A stretch of 64,000 bases of DNA. Origin: Lingula anatina. Taxonomy: Eukaryota > Animalia > Brachiopoda. The stretch covers positions 24,352,225 through 24,416,224 of the forward strand of contig CM120640.1 in the NCBI GenBank assembly GCA_051362555.1. Reading direction: 5' to 3'. Positions within the stretch are counted from its first letter, which is position 1. Every line of letters starts with the position of its first letter. Below the pieces are notes generated by a model. The model worked only from the letters and a program-made list of their open reading frames with translations, made no database searches and was not told the DNA's origin. Both the position numbers and the translations under genes were made by a program. Below are positions 27,009 through 39,093 of this stretch, piece after piece.

Positions 27009-28014
27009 TACTTTTTAGTCTACCTTAGTACACATAGATTGCAGTGGATTTGTGCTATTAATCTTTGAACAAAATTGAAAATGTCACTCAGCAAGAAGCC
27101 GGACTACTTCTGTGCTACAGCCTATATCCATTAAATGAGGTTTAGTGATTTGCCTACCCAATCATGAATAGATGGAAATTTAAACAAGCCCATTTTTTTT
27201 TAATCATAAGCTTGTGGTTGCATATATTTTGAAGTCTAGAGCCAAGTTAGAATAGCCAAATTTAATTTTTCATGAAAGCCTCTAATTCTGTTTGACATAG
27301 TAAATTTTTTTTATTATTAACAATGTTCCATATATTTATATAATTCTATTTATAGTCATAAAATTATTAACCTGTGAAGGATGCAAACAAACTTAGAAGT
27401 GTTTTCTCTTATAGTTTACTAATGTGTGAGGAAAAAGGTATTTTACATATTTACTAACATAATTGCATCAGTTTTAACCTTACTGCTTTCATGCTAATTT
27501 CACCTCATTCAGATGCTATTTTGCAAATGCACCTAACTAAAAGCTTTATTATACTTGTGGCTTAGATATGCAATATCAGTTTATTATGAAATAACTATAA
27601 GTAACCATTAACTGTTTGTAGACAAAGCATTTTTAATTTAGTGCAAACAAGCAAACATATTTCTGTTAATCTGTAAAAAATATTTATTTTCCCATTAATT
27701 GAAATGGAAAGTACTATAAAATTACCACCTCCTTACATTAGTTGTTGGAACATCTTTATGTAAACAACCATTTCTCTCATATTTGGACTCTTTTTGTTCT
27801 TATTGAAGAAACTTGAGTTGTACAACTTGCATAAAGTCAAATTTTCAATTTTCATATTACAGGGGTCGTCATAAAAAAATGTGTCACTTTCTGAAGGATC
27901 ATTCCATCTGACAATTTCCTGATACATTGATCTAGTCTGTCACTAGCATGTACACTAGTCACTTTTAATGCACACCTATACATATATCACTGTTAATCAT
28001 TTTCCATCAAACAG

Positions 28015-28026
28015 AATGTCACATTT
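28015..28026 (+). CDS. Candidate 12-nt microexon (NVTF)
   Basis: ttttccatcaaacag / TTT|gtatga, phase 0-0. Confidence 0.3.
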
Positions 28027-28731
28027 GTATGATAAACAGAGTTAGAAAATAACTAACAGTTACTGTAGCTTATTAAGATACTAGAATTATGTGCTTGTAC
28101 ACAAGGTTTTACTAGTGTTTTATGTAATTTTTTTAGAAAGTGGTGTTAAGTTGCTTTAAGTATATGGCATATTAACTCTCTTAAGAGTGGAAAGTTTTAT
28201 TCTTTTTTGGGTGTGTGGGGAAAATAAATGTATGTTATATATGATAGACTAATAAGACGGCACAGAAATAACTCACCACTTGGCTAAATATTAATAGCTT
28301 GATTTCATAAAACTAATACCTTCTTAGATGTCTGGTTATTTGCATATAAGATAGTTGAAAAGAATGAATTACAGCCTTCCTTCATTTCTTGAAAAGAATA
28401 TCCAGTTTGGGACATTTCTCACAACCAGTTTGCTGCTTACCATGCATTACCCAATATAATATCAGTTATCTACCTATATTTGGCACACAGATAAGAAGTT
28501 TTTCAGGCCTTCATTCCTAGCTTTTTTATTTATTTCAAAGACATCCCAACGCCAGTAGTTGAATGAATGTTGTTGTCTGTTGATGTGTCAACAGTGTATT
28601 GCATGTTATCTGTTCCCGTGTTTGTCATAAGCCTGTTGTAATGTCATGTAGAATAACACTTGACCCGTTTTATTTAAAAGCCATGTAGTCTTTTTATATG
28701 ATAACTGGCCTTGTACTTGCTTTGCCTGCAG

Positions 28732-28968
28732 ATGTCCATGCCCACTTACACTGAAGCTGAAATTGGAGCTAGTTATGAGAGTGCTGTGTTTTCCTCCCAG
28801 CATGTCGAGCCGCATGCCAATGCCTTATACATGCATGAGTCCCCTCCCCCTCCACAAGAGCATCGTCTTGAGGTGGAGTTTGTAGCCACACCCCCTGTCA
28901 ATCATGATGCATTGATTGACACTGTGCCACCCAGGGATGACCCCTCAGCTCCTCTGGAAGAGCACCAG
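28732..28968 (+). CDS. MPDZ: Exon, PDZ5-6 linker (MSMPTYTEAEIG...PLEEHQ)
   Basis: cctgcag / CAG|gtaggt; 237 nt open, phase 0-0. Confidence 0.8.
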
Positions 28969-29790
28969 GTAGGTATTGGAACCAGGAATATTTACCAGGC
29001 ATCTTGTTCTTTAGAGTATGATTTTACTGCATTGAGAATTTTGTGAGATTTTAAAGATGGGGTTGACCTAGAAGATGTCATAGAAGTCATTTCTATTAAA
29101 ACTTTTCAGCTGTTAAAAATGGCAACAATTTTGAATTCATCAAATTCTAGCAGGCTCAAAACATATTAATCTAAAAATGTCCATATCAATCTTCCTGTAT
29201 ATTATAGAATGATCTTTAACAGCACTGTATCATTTTCATAAATATGTAGGAGTTGATGAAAGTAAGTTCCCACATTAAAGGAATCCATTTAGTTTGAAGT
29301 TATGCGTTTTCGTGTTGTGCAGAAATGTTTCAAAATGATTTTGTGTTTCTGATATCTCCCTGAAATTGTCACATTTTTATTTCTATAAAAAATGTCTTTA
29401 AAAAAAGCTTATGATGGGAATGGGATACCTAAAAAAAAATTAATGCATGACATTTTGTATGCATATTAAATGTAAAATGGCTTTCTAATGATGTGAGTGA
29501 GTGAAATTATTGCCTTTTGTTATGCTTTTGACTTTTATTTAGCATTTAACACACACCAGTGTTTTTGAGTATGGAATTGCAAAATCACTAAGTAATATTG
29601 TATATGTTATGATATTATAATGTGTATGTTATTTCCTTTAATTAAAAGAAAAGTTATGAATAAGAAAATAAGTTTGTCATTTAAGGATTACATTTCTTTT
29701 TCGAATGGAAAATTTATGGCATGAAAAAATTATCCTTTTTTTTCTATCAGACATAGCAGTTAAACTATTATCACAAAATGTTCATTTTAG

Positions 29791-29940
29791 CTAACGGAAG
29801 AGATTTTCCGGGAACTTGAAGCTAGACATGAAAAGGAAGGCAGTGATAGTAGCAGTGGTTCGTACAAAAAGGAACAACCACAAAATCTGGACAACCATGT
29901 GCAGGAGGAATGGGAAGACCAACAGGTGGAAGAAGAAGAG
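29791..29940 (+). CDS. MPDZ: Exon, acidic PDZ5-6 linker (LTEEIFRELEARHEKEG...QVEEEE)
   Basis: ttttag / GAG|gtaact; 150 nt open, phase 0-0. Confidence 0.78.
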
Positions 29941-31456
29941 GTAACTCTTTCACACAGGGCCTTTTTTCTTAAACAGAATAATGTGTACACATTTTGTAAT
30001 ACTAAATATCTGATCGACATCTGTGACAATTTTTTTTGAGAATTATTGAGTCTTTTCTTCGTATATTGATTCATAAAGTTAATTTTTAATGTACATCAGA
30101 CAGCTTCACTGACAAGTGATGCCTCAAGAGAAGTATACCAAGTGTGTGTTTTTCATATGCAACATGAGGTTGACATTTTTATGTTCATGTTTTAATTGTA
30201 TTTGCCATCAAATACAGTTATGTGCCTTTCTCTAATAGACCTTGATTTAGTTCTCTTTAGGTTTTAGAACTGGTGTTTTGCTGCTTTTCTCAACTTGCTG
30301 ATTGCTGCTTCCTGCTATTATGATACTAATATCATATTCTAATTGAGGGGGGGGGGTAATTAATGTGACATTTAACAAGCAAATTGAAAAACGTGCATTA
30401 TATTAATACAGGACCAACTTCCTCATTTGTAACCAAGGCAATTTGATCCTTGTTGCATGCATGTCACATTAATTGTGAATTTTAAATAATGAAGTCATAG
30501 AAATGGAAAGCATGAGTCATGTTGTCTGCAGTAGTGTAACTTTGAACCAGTTTCATTGTACCCTTCCTCAAATCCTAGCATTTGAAAGCTGATACGAAAT
30601 GTGACTGATCATGATTAGATAAGCTTATTTTGATGTCACACTGTTCCATATGGCTATTTGGTATCATCGTGGGAACTGTGTGACACCAGCATTACAAACA
30701 CATATGATTTTTCAGAGAATATGATCCATGTTTATAACTCCATTAAATACTGAGAAATAAACGTGCTTTCTTGGAAGCTTGTCAACGCTTATGATAACTG
30801 TTTATTATAACTATGACACGGAGCCAAGAAATCACCCATCTTGTTAAATGCACATAACTGCTGTGTTATAATAGTGAGTTGACAATAGAATGATTTTACA
30901 CCCACCTGGATAACCTTCCTCTTCATCGTATTTGTGTGTGAGAGTGTCTGATTTTCTAGATCTTTTGAAATTATCTCTTTGGTCTCCAATAGGTGATTTA
31001 TTTAATCTTACGGTATCAAATATGGCACCATGTAGAAAGTAGTAAAGACAATCTTCATGATTGCAGTTCTCCTTCACTTTTTGTTCAATCAGAGTGAGTT
31101 CTTTTACTAAACTATTGAAAAGTAGAAATGAACTTCTTGGTGAGTTGCTGTAGGTCTTTTAACACTGATCCTAATGCTCAGTTTGAATAATTTCTTGGCT
31201 AAGAGCTGTAAGAATCACTTTTTGCTTAATATAATCATGATAGTCTCTGATCATTTGTGCTGTTCTTAGTGTAGCATTTTAGATAGTGATTTTCAAGCAC
31301 TTTCACCCCACTAAGTCCACCATGTTTCCCTACTGTGTAGTGATAGATCAGTCTAAAAACCACTAGAAAGTACCTTGCTTTTAACAGCTTCTGCTGATGA
31401 ACCCTTTGTGTTTAAAGAACTAAAAAAAGTGAATTCAATGTGAGCATTTTCTGTAG

Positions 31457-32002
31457 ATAATCAAAACAGAAATATTGAGGGACAGGAAAGTGGCAGAAGA
31501 GGAGAGAAGGGACTCCGTGTCCTCTACCAGCTCTGGCGATATTCCCAAGATGCAAGAGTTCATGGCAGCAGCCGCCATGGCTGATGTATCTCAAGATGAT
31601 GTAGATGCTGGGATGGAAGAAGAAGAAGAACTGAAAGAAGAAGTGCAGGAGGAGATCATTCAGCCACAGAAGAAGGCTGTAAAGAACCAAATAGATGCTG
31701 AGGGCTTCTTTTTGACTGAGGTCCCTGGTGAAGAAAAAAGGGAACCCTTACTTGAGAAATCTAAACCTGATGAGCCTGTAGTGGGTCAGGACGAACAAAT
31801 AAAAGTCAAGGTATCAGAAAGAGGACCAACTTTTTATGCTGGTCTTCAGACAGCTAGTACCCCTCCTAGCATAGAAAGAACCACCCCTCAGTCCAAGCCC
31901 CATGTAGTGGGGGAGACTAGATCACCTAGTTTTTATGCTGTAGTTCAGAAAGAGGTGGAGGAAGTTAGGAGGCAGACACCGGTGGTGGAAACTAAAACTC
32001 AG
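31457..32002 (+). CDS. MPDZ: Exon, large acidic PDZ5-6 linker (IIKTEILRDRKVAEEE...ETKTQ)
   Basis: ttttctgtag / CAG|gtacgc; 546 nt open, phase 0-0; acceptor position less certain than the donor. Confidence 0.75.
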
Positions 32003-32445
32003 GTACGCTAACAGAACTAATATTTGACAGATACTGATGATCTTTTAACTCTTAACAGCATGGTAAAAGTAAACAAAATGTGCATAAGAATACTAAGGAT
32101 GCTTTGTGTTCATTATTGCTTGAATAAAATAATGCAGGTTTTCTTAAAACTTGGTAGGAATTTCCTTAAAGGGTGCCATACAGCACTTTCTTTACTCAAA
32201 ACTTTTTGAAACCTCGTTTTATTTCTTTTTTTTGGATGCTGGAATGTTGTCAATTAATGCTTGTTATACAGCGTATGACGTGCCTGTTTAGTTTGCAGTT
32301 TCTGAAACCATAAAATGCATTGAAGATAACAGTCCTCGTTAACATACTAAAGCATGCTGTCTAACCCATCAAAGTGTGCCATTTATTGCAGCTAGAGTGG
32401 AATGAATAGTGAGTGTTCACGTCCTAAACCATGTTTCTATTACAG

Positions 32446-32472
32446 CTGGATCCCATTATAGCTATTCACCAA
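32446..32472 (+). CDS. Candidate 27-nt microexon (LDPIIAIHQ)
   Basis: cctaaac branch-like motif, tttctattacag / CAA|gtacat, phase 0-0. Confidence 0.4.
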
Positions 32473-33449
32473 GTACATTTATATATTTTGTTTCAATACC
32501 TTACTAGCTTAGCTTCAAAGACACAAAAGCTTATACTACAGTAAGTTGTCTCTTAATATTCCATGCAGTTGTATGTATCATGAGGCTTTATATGATTTGG
32601 AAGAAGAAGACTGTCACTTCTTACGTCCTTGCTGATTTAGGGTCCCTTATACATTTGACAAATCCCCACCCTCCTCCCCCATTAACTGGATGCCCTTTTT
32701 ATCATAGCAATATTTAATCACGATTGACCCATGTTATTTGTGTATGTCTATCCTTGCGTGTCTGTCTTTTTTTTTTTCTTTTTGTCAAATATTTCTGAAA
32801 ATCAAATTCCTAACATGTTTAGATTTCTTGCTTGCCCATTCCAGCATTGTGTCATGCATGTACCAGTAATAGAAGATAACCAGCCACAATATTTGAGTCA
32901 AAGATTATTAATTTTCTATAATGATAATATAGACTTTGGTTGGTATTGCACATGAATTGTAGACTTGAGCCACACACTTATGCTTCCTTTATCATACTGA
33001 TCTCTGTTCATGGTGTTGGGTTATAATGATTGATGAAATTTTCAGCATGATATTTCCAGAACAACCTCTTCCTTAAAAAAGGCCAATAACAAGTAAACAG
33101 TGTAACTATTTCAGCAGCATGGATTGCAGTGTTGTAGTGAAGAATGATGCCTGAAATGATAATACCCACCAATATTAACTTAACACACTCTGTTTGAGTT
33201 TTTTTTTTTAGTTATCATCTTTTTATACTTGGATGTTTTGCTTTTTTTAAGTCAAATATTTCATACTTTTATACACTTTTAAATTTGTGATTAATTTGAT
33301 TATTACTCTAGCTTTTTTTTTTTTTAGTATTTGTATAGTCTTGTTGATATGATCAACTTTTTGCAATAGTTATATATCAAACTCTGGCTAGCTTTTGTTT
33401 CAACTGTCCTCATACTATGCACGTGTGTTTCTGTCCTTGCCTGCCATAG

Positions 33450-33551
33450 GTGTCAGGGGACTTCTCACGACCCAAAAAGACACCACCTCCCGTCCCACCC
33501 AAGCCCAAGTGGCTGTATTCACCTCGGACGTCGCAAACCTCGTTGGAGCAG
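33450..33551 (+). CDS. MPDZ: Exon, Pro-rich (VSGDFSRPKKTPPPVPPKPKWLYSPRTSQTSLEQ)
   Basis: cttgcctgccatag / CAG|gtatgc; 102 nt, phase 0-0; frame not in the ORF track. Confidence 0.8.
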
Positions 33552-34673
33552 GTATGCAGGTGTTTTGTACACAGGTGTTTTGTGCACTCGTGGTGGTGGT
33601 GGTAGGGCAATGCACTGTACTCTGTTTGGTCGGGAATGATGGCTATATATGGATACAAGATGATTTGGCTGATTGATATATACATGGGCAATGTTTTTTA
33701 ATGTATTTAAAAATTGAAATAGACTAGAAAGATTTTAGAAATGTGAAGGACCTCTCATTTCTTTTGTTCTAGTATATCTGTCCTTTCATTATTTTGGTGA
33801 GGTCATCTTTATGTATGAAAGGGTATGAAGAAATCAATAATATGGAATAGAAGTATGATAGGTAATTTTGTTTTTGGTTATAGATGATTTGGGAATAGGA
33901 GCAAAAATTTATATTGATGACTCCATTTTGTAATGGACTTTCAAATTGTAGATGATCATGTTTATGTGTCACCATAATTTGTTGTCACTGATTTGCGAAT
34001 TTTTTTATTTTCATTGTGGGATTATTAGTTAGAATTACATTTTGATTTCATTTCATTAAATTGATTAAAAAAAAAAGTCAATTGAAATTCTGTCCATGAG
34101 TGACTAGTAAAGATATAACAGTGATTATTATGCACCAAGCATTTGTATTTATTAACTTGGGCTGAAAGAAATGGCATACATTGTTATTACCAGACTGAAA
34201 AATGATCACTATGCACAGTGGAAATAATTAATCTTTTGTGTATTTTATGTAGATGAATATATCTGTTTGTGTCTTTTCAGTATGTAGAGGTTTATATTAT
34301 GAAATTGTAGACTTTACATTGAAACAGAGATATTGAAGAGGTGATATTCATTTTAACCCATTTCCAGGATATAGGATGTCGAGTATTACAGCAACAAAGA
34401 GTCTAGGTGTTGAAAATTCCATTGATTCAAAGCTAGATTTTTTCAACACTTGGTGAACTACATATATTGTCTAGATATAACTTGATATTCATGCATATGC
34501 ATATAAAGATGCCCTGCCCCTTTGTTTCACTTTTCATCTATTCTTTTTATTCATGTTACAGATAACCAAAACATGGCTAGGCATTTGAACACCTGCATTG
34601 GCCACGTCATAACAAGTGCTAGTACTCCTTTACCATTTTTATTCCATCTGCTATTTTTATTCTGACCCTGCAG

Positions 34674-34908
34674 GACATGGGTTCTCCAGTACATCCAGTG
34701 TCACCGCCACAAATGCCTGAGCAGACTTCCCAAATCACAAGTGACCTTAGCAAGACCTCGTCGTCCCCTTCTTCCTCGGTGGGCTCCACCCCCCACATGT
34801 CCCCAGTCTTGAGTGGGTGGAGGGCACAGCACAGCCTGGCACACATTCCACCCCTACCCTCTGCCCTGGAGAGGAAGGCCAAGATTAACAAGGGCAATGA
34901 GCAATTAG
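34674..34908 (+). CDS. MPDZ: Exon, Ser/Pro linker and PDZ6 start (...LERKAKINKGNEQL)
   Basis: ccctgcag / TAG|gtatgt; phase 0-1. Confidence 0.88.
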
Positions 34909-36489
34909 GTATGTGCTGCATGGGTTTTGAATTTGTTTATGTTTTACAATCATTGTAATTGTAAGAATGCTTAAGTCAAGTTAAAGTTAGACTGAAATTT
35001 TATTTGGTTTTGAAAAGTTTTCAACTCAGTAGTTTGGAATTTTGTGACAAGTAGAAGTGAAAATTTGTGTTGACTGAAGAGTAAGTTTTATCTTGAAAAG
35101 GGTAACCATATGCCATATGCATTTTAATGTAAAACTAATGTGAAATAGCAATTTTTCATGAGCTTTTATCTTGCATGGCTCAATGCGAAGGTAGCTTTTA
35201 ATGGACTGTGAAGCTGTCCTGTGTTGTTTTCTAGCAGTTCTGATTTCCATTTCATCGTTGTACATACAAGTGAAACCACAGTTTTTTATCGTTGATATAC
35301 CAGGACTGTGCATGCATTTACTTGAACAGGACAAACCTAAATGTCTTTTGACTTACTAATCACTTTCCTGGTACATATACATACAGGACTTGAAGTTGAA
35401 GCAAGTGATAGCTGGATGCATCTCGTAGGCAGAGTTCATCGCTGTGTTAGGTGTTATTGGTCGCATTCCACACATGGTAACACCCTTGTGTTGGTGTTGA
35501 CCTCTTTGTTTATGTTGTCCCATTTGCATCCCATAACATCAAATTATGTGATATATTAAATAACCACAATTTTGATTATTCCTCACCTGCATGTGTTTTA
35601 GGGGAAAAAAAGAAAATGATAACCTCTAATCCACTATGATATTTTTTTACATTTGTAAATAATTGCATGTGACTGAAATATTTCCTAATTTTATTACAAG
35701 GCATAGAAAGGGTGTATTTGAGGCAGGTATGAAAGTGATTATGAATGGCTGCATGTAAGGAACATGAAAAGTGATTTTCATTACTAGCATTACATAAAAT
35801 GTCACTACAAATTAAACTTTTTTTGTTGTTAGTATAGATACTGTTGGGGTCATCATACATATCCTTTGATGTTTTTGTAAAAAAAATGTTAGCTCCATAA
35901 GAAACTTACCATACATGTTTTAATGGTTGACTACTAGATCATTTTTCTCTGCGTGTGACTGCAGGTGTGGGTGGGCGTATGCTTGTGCACGCACATGTGC
36001 ACTGTATGGTCTTGGATTTTCTTTCATATCACTCTGTAGTTTATCCATAAGTTTATCCACAATGTATTTATTTCTCTGTCATTACCTTTTGCATAGTTTT
36101 AAGTAGGTAGTGTAGATACAATAGTTGCAACAACATTGAAAAAAAAGGAAAACATGTGAAACTTTGTTATTGATTTATAGTCAGTCGTATGTTGGTGGTA
36201 AACTTTTAAAGACTTGGTTTCAAGTAGAACTGTAAATTAAAAGCTATGAGAAGAACCGGGAATGCCATTTGCATGCTAAATTTTTAATTCTTTTTGGTTT
36301 CTGTTTGCCTTGCCTTGAAAAAAATTATTGCTTGCTTTATGAACAGCAACATTTTCATAATCATTTTAAAGCATGCCTTCTAACATTCATGTAAAGAATA
36401 ATAAGCTTGGATGTAAACTTGTAAAATAAACATGTAACAATCTAAATCTATTATGTATTTGATCCTAAAAAATGTTACAATATTTCCAG

Positions 36490-36691
36490 GTTTGAATGTG
36501 GATGCAATAGATAAAGGAGTGAATGGCTGCATAGTGAAGAGCATCAGCAGAAGTGGAGCGGTAGCCCGTGAGGGCAGCATTCAAGTGGGAGACTACATTG
36601 TTATGGTCAACAATGAAAACATGCGCAATATTACTAATGCTCAAGCCAGGGCTATTCTCCGCAGGGCTGCCCTTGTGGGGACAGAAATCAG
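36490..36691 (+). CDS. MPDZ: Exon, PDZ6 (GLNVDAIDKGVNGCIVKSISRSGAVAREGSIQVGDY...ARAILRRAALVGTEI)
   Basis: tttccag / CAG|gtgtgg; phase 1-2 matches the next exon. Confidence 0.92.
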
Positions 36692-37883
36692 GTGTGGTAA
36701 ACCTCATGGAATTCTGATCAATCTTAGTGTCATAAAATAAGGACATTTTCTTTAATTAGATTAATACAAATGTCAAAATTACCCATGGGGGACAAGTGTT
36801 GTGCAAGTTTAAGGGAATGAATATATTTGCAATGATTCTGCTGTTAAAAATGTTCTGATCTATCAAAAAATTGCATGCTTAAGATTTATGGAATCCTATT
36901 TTTGTGTGTTTCATAGAATATTTGTAAAGTAAATGCTTGTATTGATCAATTTTTATTTATTTATTTTGACCAACTTATACCTGGGAATGATATTATTCTG
37001 TTGCTTTTGTAACCCCATTCCACCAAGTCCTAGAGTTAGATCAATATTGGTTTGCACAGAATCTTATTTCATTTTGAGCGGGGTCCTGGCCTATTTCATT
37101 TCTTTGCAACACCCAAAGGATTGAGATTTAGCTTGTTTGGTGGTGTGTAGAGACCAATTAATCAATAGTAGGCTCTGCACAACAAGAAATTGAAGATAAA
37201 GTGATGCTTGTGAATAGCACAGATTATTTGTGATGGAACTCTTCTTTGCTAGGCTCATTTCTTTATGCAGTTTCAAGCTTTGGATGTAGCACATTTAAGT
37301 TGAAGATGTCATGACATTTATGTCATGTCATAAATGTTGGTCTGTACAGCTGTAGACAAGAAGTGCCACCATGTAGAGCAGTCCTTCAAATATAAATATT
37401 AACATTCACTTCTGGTACATAGACTGGTGTTTCGTAAAAGAAGTCCGTTGAAAAGATGGTTTTACTTGCTAGTATATTAACTGAACCATCAATTTCACAT
37501 TTACGTACACCTGCATAAAATATTTTTCTTAAAAGCATTGCTGGGCATGTTGCCAGGGTTAGATGAGCTTCAAAGGTAAAGTGCATGGTATATGCTGGTT
37601 TGCTGGTTGTCTGTGGAAATTGAAGTGATTGCAGTATAGAAGGGGAAGGATTAGGCATGAGTAAGAATGGGTGTTCCAAGTCAATTTTAACAAGTGATGT
37701 GAAATGGGGGGTTTTATATGCGGGAGAAGAGTGAGAAATGATAAAGACGTTTGTGGACTAAGAAACAAAGTGGGCAGTGCTAGGGGCAGGGGAGCAACAG
37801 CAATGAAGGCCAGGTAAATCAGGAGTGCAACGGAGGGAATTGAAGAGATTTGGAAGTTATTTTTTTGAGGGAAATATGAAATG

Positions 37884-38050
37884 CAGGCCCGTAGCCAGCA
37901 ATTTCAAAAGGGGGGTTCTTTTTTCTGAAAAAGTGGACCTTTTCCCATAAAACGTCATGTACCTAGATCAAATTTTACCCAGAGTGGACCTTTTCCCAGC
38001 AAAAGGGGCGGTTCTTTCGACCCCCCGAACCCCCCCTGGCTACGGGCCTG
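37884..38050. mobile_element. 167-bp MITE with 15-bp perfect TIR CAGGCCCGTAGCCAG
   Basis: caggcccgtagccag ... ctggctacgggcctg; flanks AAATG/TAATG; second copy at 3753. Confidence 0.85.
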
Positions 38051-38196
38051 TAATGTCTCAACAGGTGTACATTAAACCTACAACCACATGGGCCTGAAAG
38101 GAAATTATTGATGATGTTAAGTCTCTTGATATTCATTATATAAAAATAGTGATTTTTAAACTTGATTTTGTATTTTTTATTCTTCTATTTCTCCAG

Positions 38197-38304
38197 CATC
38201 GTATATATTCCTGGCCAAGATGCAGCAGTTCACAGAGATTGCTATATGATAGCTGAAAGGGAACAGAACACAGAGGAGGACATGCCCATAGTCACATCCC
38301 CAAG
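38197..38304 (+). CDS. MPDZ: Exon, PDZ6 end (SIVYIPGQDAAVHRD...VTSP)
   Basis: tttctccag / AAG|gtaaat; phase 2-2. Confidence 0.9.
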
Positions 38305-39072
38305 GTAAATCATTCACAAGAACTATCATTCTGTATAATTCCAGTGATGACCACAACTATTTCAAAACTCTATTACTTCTTAATATTGGTTTATTTTGAT
38401 TTTATTTATTTTACCTTGATTTGTGAACTTGAATCTGGGTGTTTGAGACTGAGATATTTACTTTTGAACTTTGACTCTATCTATGGTTATGGAGTACATG
38501 CACCCCACGTCCAGTAGTGAAATAGTAGAACAGCTGTGCATTATCATGGTGCATGATATGTCACAGAATTTAGGAACTTTATTTGTGGCCAACACTGCAC
38601 ATCTAGGTTTCAGAAGGGAGAATTGGTTTGAAAGACTCTGTGTAAGGTAGTTGGTAAAATGTGGAAAACAAATCTATGATAACAGGTTTTTACTTTTATT
38701 TCCTTTAAAATACTACTAGTTTTTTCAGTTTTTGTATCATTTACTAGCTACAAGTAGCTCTGATTCTTGCAGAACTTGGGTGTTTCTTTTACTGTTTGTC
38801 TGTTGTTATCTTACATATGTATTTTTTTTCAAATGTATTATGGCTATTTAAAAAGATGGCATCATTACTTGATTGATTGAAAAAAATGATATTAGCAAAA
38901 TTGTTGCTATAACTTTCATAATATTTTGCCTTTATCTTATTGCCTATTTACCAAGTATATTTATTTTGCTTAGCAACTGCATAATGTGTTTGTAGCAGAT
39001 ATTTTTCTGTTTACATATAATGTTGATTTTTATTTCTTCATTTATTATTTATTACATTTTCTGTGCTGCCAG

Positions 39073-39093
39073 GATTTTTCCTAAATTCTATCG
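39073..39093 (+). CDS. Candidate 21-nt microexon (R-IFPKFY-R)
   Basis: Long T-rich tract, tgctgccag / TCG|gtaagg strong donor; phase 2-2 as required by this intron. Confidence 0.7.
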
